Position numbers and translations under genes: made by a program
Shown: positions 1-13,275 of the stretch, piece by piece
Layout: every line of letters starts with the position of its first letter
How positions within the stretch are numbered: the stretch's first letter is position 1
DNA from: Mobula hypostoma
Taxonomy: Eukaryota
Assembly (NCBI RefSeq): GCF_963921235.1
Contig: NC_086098.1
Location: forward strand, 237,832,001-237,896,000
Length of the DNA: 64,000 nucleotides
Reading direction: 5' to 3'
Notes under the pieces: generated by a model
What the model was told of the DNA's origin: nothing
Seen by the model: only the letters and a program-made list of their open reading frames with translations
Databases searched by the model: none

Positions 1-1440
1 AAAAAAGGAGGGAGAGAGAAACCTGGGAATTATAGACCGGTTAGCCTAACGTCGGTGGGGGGGAAGCTGCTGGAGTCAGTTATCAAGGATGTGATAACAG
101 CACATTTGGAAAGCGATGAAATGATCGGACAAAGTCAGCATGGATTTGTGAAAGGAAAATCATGTCTGACGAATCTCATAGAATTTTTTGAGGATGTAAC
201 TAGTAGAGTGGATGGGGAGAACCAGTGGATGTGGTATATTTGGATTTTCAAAAGGCTTTTGACAAGGTCCCACACAGGAGATTAGTGTGCAAACTTAAAG
301 CACACGGTATTGGGGGTAAAGTATTGGTGTGGGTGGAGAATTGGTTAGCAGACAGGAAGCAAAGAGTGGGAATAAACGGGACCTTTTCAGAATGGCAGGC
401 GGTGACTAGTGGGGTACCGCAAGGCTGAGTGCTGGGACCCCAGTTGTTTGCAATATATATTAATGACTTGGGTGAGGTAATTAAATGCAGCATCTCCAAG
501 TTTGCGGATGACACGAAGCTGGGTAGCAGTGTTAGCTGTGAGGAGGATGCTAAGAGGATGCAGGGTGACTTGGATAGGTTGGGTGAGTGGGCAAATTCAT
601 GGCAGATGCAATTTAAGGTGGATAAATATGAAGTTATCCACTTTGGTGGCAAAAATAGGAAAACAGATTATTATCTGAATGGTGGCCGATTAGGAAAAGG
701 GGAGGTGCAACGAGACCTGGGTGTCATTATACACCAGTCATTGAAAGTGGGCATGCAGGTACAGCAGACGGTGAAAAAGGCAAATAGTATGCTGGCAGTT
801 ATAGCGAGAGGATTCGAGTACAGGAGCAGGGAGGTACTACTGCAGTTGTATAAGGCCTTGGTGAGACCACACCTGTAGTATTGTGTGCAGTTTTGGTCCC
901 CTAATCTTAGGAAAGACATCCTTGCCATAGAGAGAGTACAAAGAAGGTTCACCAGATTGATTCCTGGGATGGCAGGACTTTCATATGAAGAAAGACTGGA
1001 TGAACTGGGCTTGTACTCGTTGGAATTTAGAAGATTGAGGGGGGATCTGATTGAAACGTATAAGATCATAAAGGGATTGGACAGGCTAGATGCAAGAAGA
1101 TTGTTCCCGATGTTGGGGAAGTCCAGAACGAGGGGCCACAGTTTGAGGATAAAGGGGAAGCCTTTTAGGACCGAGATTAGGAAAAACTTCTTCACACAGA
1201 GAGTGGTGAATCTTTTGAATTCTCTGCCACAGGAAACAGTTGAGGCCAGTTCATTGGCTATATTTAAGAGGGCGTTAGATATGGCCCTTGTGGCTACGGG
1301 GGTCAGGGGGTATGGAGGGAAGGCTGGGGCGGGGTTCTGAGTTGGATGATCAGCCATGATCATAATAAATGGCGGTGCAGGCTCGAAGGGCCGAATGGCC
1401 TACTCCTGCACCTATTTTCTATGTCTCTATGTTTCTATGT
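1..1440 (+). mobile_element. CR1-clade LINE, 3' part of ORF2 (RT and C-terminus) plus 3' UTR; young but with premature stops
   Basis: ORFs 55-1340 give QHGFVKGKSCLTNL, YLDFQKAFDKVPH, GVPQG, KFADDTK, LYKALVRPHL and RKNFFTQRVV. Stops at 426-428 and 876-878. (CTATGTTT)-like tail at about 1416-1440. Confidence 0.95.
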
Positions 1441-1494
1441 GATCAAATATAAGGGGAAACTATACCGCTTACGTCAGGACACATATAATCTTAA

Positions 1495-2240
1495 CTGTAC
1501 AGCGGGATCATGGGTTCGAAGTCCTGAAATCTTTGGAAGTACCCACACTTGTAGATAAGGTGGTAAGTAATGCATATGTAATTCGCGCCTTTATAGGTCG
1601 GAGCATTGAGAATCTGAGTCGGGTGACATGTTGCAGCTGTATTAAAGTTTGGTTAAGCTGCTAAATATATTGTGCGCATTTCCGGCGCCCCGTTTCAAGC
1701 AGGATCCGGAGATTTTGGAAAGGGCGCAGAGAAAGTTTGCCAGTGTTCCGCCTGGATTAGACGGCATGAGCTATATGGAGAGGATAGATATTTTATTTGT
1801 TTTCTCAGGAGAGTCTGTAGGTGAGAGACGACCCGCTCAAAACTTGAAAGATAGTGAGAGGCCGAGACCTGATAAAACGCAGCATGAGATTGCCTAATGC
1901 TAGGGGATTTAAGATGAGATTGAAGGAAGTTTAAATGAGATATGTAGGGCTAGCTTTTTACACATAGAGTGAGGGGTGCCTTATACGGGCTGTCGGAGGA
2001 GATAATCGACGCAGATACGATAGCGATGTTTAAGAATAACACACACAAAAAATGCTGGAGGAACTCAGAAGGTCAGGCAGCACGTATGGAGGGGAATGAT
2101 CAGTCAACGTTAAATTATTTCATTCCACAGTTGCTGCCTGGCCTACTGATTTCGTCCAGAATTTTGTGTATTTTACTCAGGTTTTCCAGTATCTCCAGAA
2201 CCTCTTGTGTTTATGACAGCGGCGTTTAGGAGTCTGTTGG
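1495..2240 (+). mobile_element. Old CR1 3' fragment interrupted by a palindromic Penelope-derived element (about 2036-2212)
   Basis: Degenerate ILERAQRKF and LSEEIIDADTIAMFK. Inverted arms acacaaaaaatgctggaggaactcag...gcagca and tgctgcc...tccagaattttgtgt. Confidence 0.7.
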
Positions 2241-5200
2241 ACAAAAACATGAATATAACGTACACGGATCACGTTCAGGCAGTCGACAATTAGTTTAATT
2301 TGCCACTGTGTTCGGCGGACACATTGTGGGCCGAAGGGCATGTTCCTGTGCTGTATTGTTCAATGTGTTGCTTATTGAAAATATTCCAGACATTTGGTCT
2401 TTAGTTCCTGAACACAATCTCCTGCAAAAAAAAATCTTCTTAGTTCCCTGTTTTGAATATTTGGTAACTGGGACTCGCTCTCCAGAAACAATTTCCCTGT
2501 CCTATCGGATCGATTGTTTTGGTCGAAAAGCTCATGATATGCACAGATAAAGACGTGTGCAGGACCCTGCTGAGGGAGTCTAGGAAGAGAGACACAGCCA
2601 CAGAACAGAAGAATGTCCAATTTTGAAGAGAGATGATGAGGAATTTACTCAGAGGGTCGTGAATCTGTGGAATTCATTGCCACAGACGTCTGCGTAAGTC
2701 AAGTCGTTGGGTATATTTAGAGCAGAGATTTGTCGGTACTTGACTAGTGAGGGCTTCAGAGATTACAGGAGAATGGGGTTGAGAAGGATAATAAATCAAC
2801 CATGACGGAATGGTGGAGCAGGATCGATGGGCAGAATGGCCTGACTCTGCTCCTCTATCTTATGATCTTGTGGTTTATTTTCGGAAAACATAATCAGCTT
2901 AGGATCCAGAAACAATTTTGTGCTGATGGTGATTGTGGAAGAGATGTTGCTGTCAATGTGTACTGACTGGGTTCTGCCAGTAAGGAAATCCAGGATCCAG
3001 TTGTGCAAGGAGGGGTAGAGGCCTAGATCTTGGCCTATTGATCCGCCTCGAGGGGCTCATAGCTAAATCCGGGAGAATGATGAGTGTTTGATGGCTATTG
3101 GCTTGTACTCACCCATTTGTTAGGTTTCGATATATATCCCTGACATGTAATAAATTTAAGTAAAACAACGATACAGACATTTGTGTTTTAATTTTATCAT
3201 ATTAGCCGACCAAATCTACTCGGCCTTCTGGTGGCGTTATTCTTCATTTCAGATATTTTTCCTCCAAAATAGGCAACACCATTCTGGAGATCAATAACTC
3301 TGACTGCAATCCGCAGTTCCCCTCTATACTACATCTGTTTTTGAGTGCTTGTTTATATCCCTCTCTATCCCTCTGTACACCCTTGTTTCTCTCTGTTTCT
3401 CTATATATCTGTGGCTGTGTCTTCCCGTCTGCTGTATGTCTGCCTGTATGCCATTATCTCTCTCTCCGTCTCACCATCCCCCTCTCCGTCTACCCATCCA
3501 TTCTGTGTCTGCGTCTGTCTATCTCCCTCTCCCTTTCTCACCCATTTCTTCTAACTTTCTCTCCCTTTCTCTCGCCTCACTCTACCCCTCCGCTCACTAT
3601 GTTCAGAGATCCTATGCTGATTAATGTCATCTCCTGATCCTGCACCATGACCGTTGTTGGATATACTGTTATGTGTGTGGTTACACCTGTTTTACCGCTT
3701 GGCACTTCACGGTCTGGTTCTTTGTGCTAACCCATCTCTGTTGTGAATCCCGCAGGTAACCCTTGGACCCGAGCAAGATGAGATGAGGTGAGACATCCGA
3801 CAACCACGGTGATCATCTTGCACAGGCTCCGTGTATGAACACAGGTCTCCAAGATGTTAACTGTCAAGTTGCCCCACCTATTAACCAACCACCAAGTTCC
3901 CAGCGTAAGTGCAAGGAAACTGGTATCTTCTCTTAGTATCCTGTACACAGGGAGTTACCTCACACACCGATATCAATACGTGAAACAAAGTAGATCAAGC
4001 TAAGGACTACAATCTGTAAGGCAGGGAAGGCGAAAGGTCAAGTGCTAACAAATCGGACGACAGTAGATGGGTTCTGTATGATCAGCATATACGTTGTGGG
4101 CCGCAGGACCTGTTATGTGACTTTGACTTCAAAGCATATTTCCATACAATCACATACATGCACCAGATTTTTCTGGGATTCACTTTAGTTGTGAATAAAA
4201 AAAAACAAAAGAGAGAAATCGATCACCACAAATAATTATTAATCCTGGGCATATTCCATTGTTCTGTGTCTGCCACGCCCCACTGACTAGCCTTCATTCT
4301 GACGGGCGTTACTTCGTTCAATTCTGGCAGTTTAAGTCTCAGCCTTGAACTATTCGGTTTAAGTTGTATTGGGGGAAGGCCACGCCGTGGGAGGGGAGGT
4401 GCTATGGTTGCAGAGAGTAAGGAGTGCTGTACTACGGAACTTGTGATGTTTGAATTATTTTCTAATCAACCTCCCATCGACCTGCTCTAGGGATATGATT
4501 GAGCATAATATTTATCCTCCTGTCACCACTACAACACTAAGCAGACAATTTTCTATCTGTGGCATCCTGTGCATAAATTAGCCGATCTCATATCGTAGCT
4601 TTTCCTCGTCTGTTGGGAGTGAGGCTTCAAAGATTCCCGGTGCGAAGAGCTGGGGAAATTTTGGGCCACATTAACCGTTTGTTCACTGCGCTGCCAGCCC
4701 ATCCACGTCTGCAGGTTTACCAAGAGGATTGCATTGTGAGCGGCTACCACAGAGCTCAACCGCGGACTGTCTCCTAGCACGTTCATATGACTAACAAGAT
4801 CTATTTCCTCCCCAGTTTAGTACGCGTTGGAGCCAAACATGGCAACAGGGGAAGATGTTGCTGGCAGCGAAAGTTCAGACACTCTTCGGCCCCTCGGCTC
4901 AGTGCTTGTGTTCACTGCTCCACTCACGGCTGATACAACCTGAAATAAGTAGGTTAGCAAGTTTTGAAGAAAACGCAATCTGCCTGCAAATAGGCGGTGG
5001 AATAGGTGAATGCTTGATGGTTCAGTACAACGTAGCGCGGTGTTTAGAATGAAAAATGATTTGTTATTGAACTGGAATATGTTCGAAATTTTCACGAAAC
5101 TTCCAGTCTCCCCGATGGCCCCGTCTGTGCCAGGTTCATCGAGATGTAGCTCCTTACAGACCGTGATATGGAACTGGAGCTGCACCTTTTGCTTGCTAGT

Positions 5201-5289
5201 AAAATTGAAGCAGTGATAGACTGAAGCTACGGGGAGGTAGTTACCCCAAGAGTACAGGAGAAAGATAAATGAGTGATTGTCACAAGGGG

Positions 5290-5639
5290 GAAGGGAGAAT
5301 GTCAGATAGAGGACAGCACCCCTTTGGCAGTCCCAATATGTAATGAGTACTCCATTTTGAGCACAGCTGAGGGGGGAACAACCTACCTGGGAGAAGCAAC
5401 AGCGGCCATGCCTCTGGCGCTCTGTGTGGACCCGTAGCTCAGAAGGGTAGGTAACTGAGGAGGATGGCAACAGTAATACGGGACTCCATGGTCAGGAGGA
5501 CAGATAGCCGATACTGAGACGCGAAAGTGAAACATGGGTGGTGGTTTGCCTCGCAGGTGCCAGGGTCCAAGATGATTCTGAATGTATCCGTAATATCCTG
5601 AAAAGAGAGTGTGAGCAACCAGAATTACGGGTACATATT
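5290..5639 (+). mobile_element. CR1 ORF1 (esterase-like) fragment
   Basis: MVVCLAGARVQDDSECIRNILKRECEQPELRVHI matches the CR1 ORF1 motif VCCLPGARV...VHIGTND. Confidence 0.7.
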
Positions 5640-7483
5640 TTTATCTGCATTAAGGTATTTATTTATTTTTTTATACTTTATTTTCAAAATTTTCAAAAAA
5701 CAACAATGCAATCAACAAGACCATACCAACTCAGACATGCATAAAAATGAAATAAGCAAAAAAAAAGGAAAAAAGAGACTTTAGATTAGAGGGATGCCTA
5801 TTGTAAAAAGTGTTCAAAAATACTAAACATTAAATCTCAAATGAGGGCTGTCAGAAATCAGCTGGAGGGAAATGACTCATCCGCCGCAGGACTCGTCCGG
5901 GTAGGCAAGAAATGGATCCCAGATAGCCGATTTTTTTTATTGAATTTGTTCTCAAGAACTTAAGTTTCTCCATCTGTATGACTGAGATCATATCAGCCAT
6001 CCATCTCCGAAAGGAAGGGGGAGAAGGTGATTTCCATTCCCTCAAGATAAGTCTTTTGGCAACAATCATCCCCAGCATCAGAGACTGTTGCATGGCTGCA
6101 GGGAAACAAATGGTAGATTGCGAGCAGCCAAATTTAGCGAGACCAGCTTCCAAGGGGAGCGATCTTTTATCGGCCTGTGAGTACATGTGGAATATTTTGG
6201 ACCAAAATCCAGTCAGTAATAGGCAAAACCAAAAGGTGTGTGACAACGTGGATTCCTTCCCTTGGCATCTATCACACATTGGCGAGACAGAAAGGTAAAT
6301 ATTTGTGCCCCTCTACAACGACTACACGCGGGTATTTTTTTTTGTTCAAAGTAGTTAAAGAACACTTTACTTATCTTGGCTTGACAATCCCCAAAGATCA
6401 TAAATTAATATTCAAATTAAACTTCGCGAAGTTTATTTCAAAACTTAAACAGAATATTGGAAGTTGGAAGACCCTACCTCTGTCCATGATTGGTCATATA
6501 AATTCAATTAAAATTGCTTCCATTCCTAGGTTTCTCTACCTTTGTCAAAATCTCCCCATTCTTCCTACACCAGCTTTCGTTAATAAATTGGTCTCCATAA
6601 TATTGTCTTATATCTGGAATTATAAGAATCTCAGGATTTCGAAAATTCATTTACAAAAGCCTAAGTCTGAAGGAGGTCTGGGATTACCAGTATTTAGACA
6701 CTATTATTGGTCTGTCATGGCTAGGGCTTTAATGTTTTAGCAACAAGGGGCTCAGGATAACCTAGCCCCTGAGGCTCCCTTCTGGCTATGTATGGAGTTT
6801 AACTCTGTTGTCAACTCCTCCTTGTCAGCCATGCTGTTCTCTAAGTTGGAGAAGCCTGAGACTTCAAAAAATGTTAAGTTCTGTTTTGAAATATTCCATC
6901 AGAATTCTAAATCAGATTAGGAGCGTTCTGAATTTACCAGAGACCTCTGTACAAACACCAATCTGTTTCAATCACTCCTTTCTACCCTCATGGTCAGATA
7001 AAACCTACCATGCTTGGAGGGAGAAGGGTCTAGTTTCTACTGAAGACCTGTACATAGAGGGACGGTTTGCAACATTTAGTCTGCTGAAAGAGAAATTTGA
7101 GCTGCCTCGTTCACACTTCTTTCGTCACTTACAAATTAGACTCTACATTCAATCGAAGATTTGTAATTTTGAAATTTTCTTTTTTTGATATTTTAAAGAA
7201 CCCTCCTGACTCCAGGCGCCTCGTTTCTAACTCTGTACGTTTGTTTGATAATTGCACTGTTGCATCTACTGTGAAGATTAGAGACGCCTGGATAGAGGAG
7301 TTGGGCATTGAATTATCTGAAACTGCCTAGGATAAGTGTTTGTCAATGATACAGGCTTGCTCTGTTAGCAGCAGGCATCAAATGATCCTGCTTAAAGTTG
7401 TCCACCGTCTCCATTACTCTAAACTTAGATTGGACGGAACTTACCCTTCTGTCTCGCCAATATGTGATAGATGCCAAGGGACT
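5640..7483 (-). mobile_element. L1/Tx1-clade LINE 3' end with inverted 5' segment
   Basis: Minus ORF 5851-6279 is the ORF2 C-terminus (CDRC...HTFWFC, AKRLILREWK). Plus-strand 6330-7480 is upstream ORF2 (FTYLGLTI, LQKPKSEGGLGLP) ending at the same CDRCQG point. Candidate TSD GGTACATATT at 5630-5639 and 7484-7493. Confidence 0.85.
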
Positions 7484-7499
7484 GGTACATATTATTAAA

Positions 7500-9330
7500 C
7501 GTTAAAAAAAAAACAGGTAAAGCTAGAGATCTAGATTATAAGGCCAGCAGGAAGGAGCTGAAGAATGAAATTAGGACAGCCTTGGTGAGCAGGATTAAGG
7601 AAACCCCAAGGCATTCTACAACTATGTTAAGAGCAAAAGGATAAGCTGTGAGAGAATAGGACCAATAAAGTTTGACAGTGGAAAAGTGTTTACGGAACCG
7701 GAGGAGATAGCGGAGGTGCTTAATTAATACTTTGCCCCAGTACTCACTACAGAAAAGGATCTTGGAGATTGCAGGGATAACTTACAACGGACTGAAAAGC
7801 TTGAACATATGGACATTAAGAAAGAGGATGTGTCGGACCCTTTGGAAAGCGTCAAGTTGGATAAGTCACTGGGACCGGACGAGATTTACCCCAGGCTACT
7901 GTGGGAGACGAGGGAAGAGATTGCTGATCCTCTGCCAATGACCTTTACATCATCAGTAGGTACGTGAGAGATTCCGGAGGATTGGAGGATTGCAGATATT
8001 TTTCCCTTATTCAGGAAAGCGAGTAGAGAAAGCCCAGGAAATTATAGACTGGTGACCCTTACTTCAGCGGTTGGCAAATTGGTGGAGAAGATCGTGAGAG
8101 GCAGGATTTACGAACATTTAGAGAGGTATAATATGATTGGGAATAGTCAGCATTGCTTTGTCAAAGACAGGTCGTGCCTTACGAGTCTAATTGAATATTA
8201 TGAGGATGTGATTAAACTCATTGATGAACGTAGAGCAGTAGATTTAGTGCATATGGATTTCAGCAAGACATTTGATAAGACATGTAGGGCTTATTAAAAA
8301 AGTAAGGAGGCATGGGATCTAAAGGAACGTTGCTTTGTGGATCCAGAATTGGCTTGTTCACAGAAGGCAAAGAGTAGTTGTAGATTGTTCACATTCTGCA
8401 TGGAGGTCGGTGACCAGTGGTGTGCCTCAAGAATCTGTGCTGGGACCCCTCCTCTTTGTGATTTTATAAATGAGCTGGATAAGGAAGGGGAGGGATGGGT
8501 AAGTCAATGTGCTGATGACACAAAGGTTGAGGGTGTAGTGGATAGTGTGGGGGCTGTCAGAGGTGACAGCGGGACATCGATAAGATGGAAAACTGGGCTG
8601 GGAAGTGGCAGATGGAGTTCAACCCAGATTGTGTGACGTGGTTCAATTTGGTAGGTCAAATATGATGGCAGAATAGATTATTAATGGTAAGACTCTTGGC
8701 TGTGTGGAGGATCAGAGGGATCTCGGGGTCCGAGTCCATAGGACACTCAAGGGTGCTGCGCAGGTTGACTGTGTGGTCCGGAAAGCATACGGTGCATTGG
8801 ACTTCATCAACCGTGGGATTTAGTTTAAGAGTCGTGAGGTCATGTTACAGCTTTGTATGACCCTGGTCAGACCCTACTTGGAGTACTTTGCTCAGTTCTG
8901 GTCACGTCACTACAGGAAGCATGTGGAAACTATAAAAAGTGTGCAGAGGAGATTTACAAGGATGTTGTCTGGATTGGAGAGCATGGCCTATGAGAATTGG
9001 TTGAGCGAACTAGTCCTTTTCTCCTTGGACCGACGGAGGATGAGAGGTGCCTTATGGAGTTGTATAAGATAATGAGAGGCATTGATCGTTTTGAGAGCCC
9101 AAGGCTTTTTCCCAGGGCTGAGATGGCTAACACGAGAGGGCATAGTCTTAAAGTGTTTGGAAGTAGGTACAAAAGAGATGTCAGGGCATTTTTTTTTACG
9201 TATAGGGTGGTGAGGGCATGGAATGAACTGCCGGCGACTGTGGTGGAGGCGGATATGATAGGGTCTTTTAAGAGACTCCTGGAAAGGTACATGGAGTTTA
9301 GAAAAATACAGGGTTCCGGGTAACCCTAGG
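7500..9330 (+). mobile_element. Decayed CR1 ORF2 (RT to 3' end)
   Basis: Fragments TLTSAVGKLVEKI, QHCFVKDRSCLTSL, ADDTKV, LVRPYLEY, VQRRFTRML and RVVRAWNELP across several frames. Confidence 0.9.
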
Positions 9331-10074
9331 TAATTTCTAAAGTAAGTACAAGTTCGGCCTCTGAGGCCATCTTGAAGACTGATTACAGCACTTTATAACC
9401 CTTATTGGCTTAAATATATTTACCTTCACTTACGCCTTGAAGTTCAAGTTCAGGTTCATAGTCATTCAATCAAACGAACTGTAGTTCCACCGAGCCAAGG
9501 TACACAATAAGTGCACAGAAATCACAAACAACACAGAAAATAATATTACCACCATTAACAACACATAATGGTATGTATTCCAGAAGATTAATACTCATCA
9601 TAAGGTGCATTTACGACACAAGTCGGAAAGTGAGCTGCGTAACACTATTGATCCTCCAGAGGTGGTGAGACCTATGTGGTCGCAGGGAGTTCAGCAGTCT
9701 TATGTCCTGAAGGAAGAAGTTATTCCCCATCCGAATCGACCTTGTCCTAATGCTGTGGTACTTCCTGTCTTATGGTGGGGGAGTGGGGTCAAAGTGGCGT
9801 TGTCGGAAAGCGCATCTCACCATTTTTTTCGTTGTTGAATCTGGTTACAGACTGCATGCCGGTGTATGGCTGGCTCCCATCCCCACCATATTATTAGTGC
9901 TCACCTTTCCAGTGGGCAATCTTAAGGTTTTATACCAAGTAGTATTTATAGTTCAGTAAACCATAATGTTTAAATGTTTATTGCAAATGTGCGTGACTAT
10001 TTCAGGTGCTTTTCAATAAAGGCTATGAAAATTTTCATGAAATTTTCCAGTTACGTACAATACCCACATGCCAG

Positions 10075-10600
10075 TTATAGAGTTTAAGGGGCTGCCAGGA
10101 CGCTGGAGCAGGGATTCAATCGCAAACCCAGTACTGTGCTCACAGTGATATTAATTGAGTAACAAATCCCAAGGTGCACACAAACTCGGCGTCAAAGTTC
10201 AGGCAGAGATCAAATAATCCAGAGAAATCCAAAAACCAGAATCAGAAAACAGGCAGAGTCAATTTTCAGAAGTACAGAGTACATTACGAATGCTGGATAG
10301 GCTCAGGAAAATTCACAGGGGCAATTTCACAACAAACAGGTGAAAACACAGGACTAAAATGCACTCAGCAACAAACAGAGAGGTAGATGAGAGGTGGAGC
10401 ACAATGAGACGGAAGTGGCAGCAAAACAGGTAATAATGAGAAACAGGTGAGAGGCGGAGACCTCAGCAATACAAGGGCCAGAGTAGAGCAGGAGCGGGGA
10501 CAGGGGCACATGGGGAATGAAAACAAACAAGAGCACATGGTAATACCAAACTACAGACTGAGGGCAAGGGGGAAAACACACAAAAAGACAAAGTTCGGCT
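10075..10600. mobile_element. Probable LTR-type repeat fragment
   Basis: Purine-rich tract with the composition and motifs typical of antisense fish Gypsy LTRs. No coding support; recognised by resemblance only. Confidence 0.35.
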
Positions 10601-10696
10601 GGAGGTACTGACAGGTGCCTCATCCTCCAGGTTCTCTGGTTTTCTTCCACAGTCAAAAGAAGTCAAAAGTTAGCTGGTTATTGTATATTATCCTGT

Positions 10697-11000
10697 GGGG
10701 CCGGCTGGTGGCGCAATGACATCAGCGCCGGACTCTGGAACAGAGGTTCCCGGGTTCGAAGCCAGTCGGGTCCGCTCCCGAGTACGCTTTCCATCCGTGC
10801 CGACTGAGTGTCAAGGTCGCAACTCGATCTCGTAAAATAAAGGGAAAAATAGTGCGAAATGTCCGGGTGCGGGCGTGCGGAGTGGCGGGCCACACAGTCT
10901 CTCTCTCTCCGTCCGCGCCTTGTAAAGGCATGAAAAAGACATCGTCCCGCCAACATCGCACACGCACACGGACAGAGAGAGAGAGAGACACTGTGGGTCA
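10697..11000 (+). mobile_element. tRNA-derived SINE
   Basis: A-box-like TGGCGCAATGA (10709-10719) and B box GGTTCGAAGCC (10753-10763), followed by a non-tRNA body and an (AG)n end. Confidence 0.75.
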
Positions 11001-12650
11001 AAACAGTGGGTTGTTGGACGGCATAAAGGGCCTGTTACGCACTGTATCTCTGAATGAATGAATGAATAAATAGATACACAGATAGACAGACAGTCAGATA
11101 AAAAGATAAAAAGACAGATAGATAGGTTAAGGCATAAATACCAAATAAATACCTGTTGTCGGCGAAAGCGTGGAGACATTTACGGTCTGTCTCAGCACAA
11201 TCCTCATTGGTTTGATTTGACGCAAATTGCGCTGTATGTTTGTTTCTACGTATGCCAAATAAAGCTAACGTTTTATAATATTTAATGTATTCTATTTATG
11301 TACATTGATTTTTCTGTTTTTAGTGTTTTATAATGTGCTTGACTGTCCCAGTATTTTCAACGCAGTTTTAAAATGTTAAACATGTTAATTATTCCAGTAA
11401 ACCAAGTGTGGGCGTTATTTGCCCGATTGTTTATTGGATTTCCATCTTATGTACAGGATTTATTTTCTCTGATGTCGCGCACGTTGCTCTATATAGTCCA
11501 CAAATAGAGTGATTATCACGGTCCAGGGACAGGTTGACACCACCCAACCAACATAAAAACTCCATTAATGACGAAGTGAGATTTCTACACCAAATTCTTG
11601 AAACAAAAAAAACAGCAGGTCAGGCAACTGTAAGTAATTTGTGTGAAATGTACTGAATTTGTTGTGAGTGCTTGGAGCTAACACTGGCAGTCACACCCTC
11701 TATAAAGACCACGTTATTGGTCAGACAAGACAAGTTTAACATAATTAAACGTGTCTCTGTCGTCATCTCACACTTGTTTCGCTCTTCAGCAACTCTCTCC
11801 CATCTGACAATTACAGTCTTAGACCTCGCATTACAAGTTTCAGGAAGAGTTCAACTATCATGGACTCACTTTCAAACTCATGTCGTCAATATTATTTATG
11901 TATTTATCCATTATCCCTTTATCCGTTCGTTTGTTTATTTATTTATGATTGATTGGATATAATTGATTTATCTACTTATGGGTGCTTTATTAATTATCTG
12001 TCTATTTTTCTATCTATCCATTTATTGACTTGCGGTTATTGGTCTTTGGGCGTCTCAGACTTTGTGTGTAGTTTTTCATTACGTCCATTGTACTTCTTTA
12101 TTCTACTGTGAATATCAGTAAGAACATGAAACTCAGGGTCGCATACGAAGACGTATACAGACTTTGATAACAAATTTACCTTAAACTTTGAAGATAACTA
12201 TGAGTTACAGAAGCTAGTGTGCGGGTGTGGCGGGTGGTGACGGTGGTGTCAGGGCGGGAAGTGAGGCCGATCGCCTTCATTCAGGAAATAACGAAATCGA
12301 TGGAGAGATTGGTCACGTCACGGAGAAACATCCCTACAGTGTAACACTCCCAGTGGTAAGACTTTGGCCGAAAGACAGTGAGAATGTTGATCTCCCTCCC
12401 ACAGGGATAGATATAAATGAAGAGCAGAAGTGCAGGACGACGAGGAATACAAGGCTCCGGTGATGAGTGCCGACGGACGAATCACGCTCAGGACACAGAG
12501 AGGAGAGAATCGGAATAAGTTGTGTGAATGGATTTAACTGCAATTCTGATTGAGGGTGCGAGACGGCACGTTATCCGCGACCATTCCCCCCAACCTACTG
12601 CCAGCAGCCGAGTAAAGACAAGACACGATAAATCTACCGCTGTTTCCTCG

Positions 12651-12656
12651 TTTATT
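12651..12656 (-). terminator. Polyadenylation signal of the Ig light chain gene
   Basis: AATAAA on the minus strand about 290 nt downstream of the C-exon stop. Confidence 0.65.
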
Positions 12657-12946
12657 TAGAGTTGTGTTACACAAGTTCAAATCACAGCACGGGAGATCGC
12701 TTCTGAGACTACACAGAGCGGTAGTTCAGACACAGCCCAGTGGGGACAATTCTACACAGAATTATCCGTCGCAAAAGATGGATTATGATTGTCAACTGTT
12801 CTGAAATTATTAAACATTCTGATTGTTTCCATAAGCGAACATTACTATACAATTACATTGCAATGGGCGGCTGCACAGACACAATCATTGCTTCACTGCA
12901 TTAAACAAAAACAAACAATCCGCGTGTGCTGCCAGCCGGCACACTC

Positions 12947-13275
12947 TCACTGCGCACAGGCGGACGAAGAGATGGTGTTGCGCAGCGGCGAGCTCAGCGA
13001 GCTGTGGCTCACGCTGCAGGAATAACTCGAGCCCTTGTTCCAGGCAGCGGTGGGTACCCGCAGGTAACTGCTCAGCCTGTATGTCTGATCGGTGTCCAGG
13101 GCCACGGCGCCTGTTGTCACCCCGCTCTCCGTCTCGACTCCATCCACGCTCCAGCGCAGCGCTACCAAGCCCGGCTTAAAACCACTCACCAGACAGGACA
13201 GAGTGGCCGAACCCTTGCCGGTCTCCTCCGGTGAGGGAGGGAGCAGTAGAACTGAGGGCTCCCGAGAATCGCTAC
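12947..13275 (-). CDS. Ig light chain constant exon, type I / sigma-cart (sigma-2, NS5-like)
   Basis: Acceptor tctctcatacag. Phase-1 translation SSDSREPSVLLLPPSPEETGKGSATLSCLVSGFKPGLVALRWSVDG...YRLSSYLRVPTAAWNKGSSYSCSVSHSSLSSPLRNTISSSACAQ*. It has the C1-set Cys/Trp/Cys and the C-terminal interchain Cys, and closely resembles the horned shark type I CL as I recall it. Confidence 0.95.

Noticed and set aside
248-1363. Long minus-strand ORFs (134 and 230 aa) and similar ones at 19327, 20731, 21051, 62028 and 62387
   Set aside because: Antisense shadows of retroelement coding sequence.
4817-5470. 217-aa minus-strand ORF
   Set aside because: Partly antisense to a CR1 5' fragment, with no domain features.
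10141-10170. RSS-like CACAGTG...ACAAATCCC
   Set aside because: The spacer is 14 nt, it lies in a repeat and no V segment adjoins it. Other heptamers (14847, 38498) also lack nonamers.
10697-10790. tRNA gene
   Set aside because: A and B boxes are present but it does not fold into a convincing cloverleaf and continues into a SINE body.
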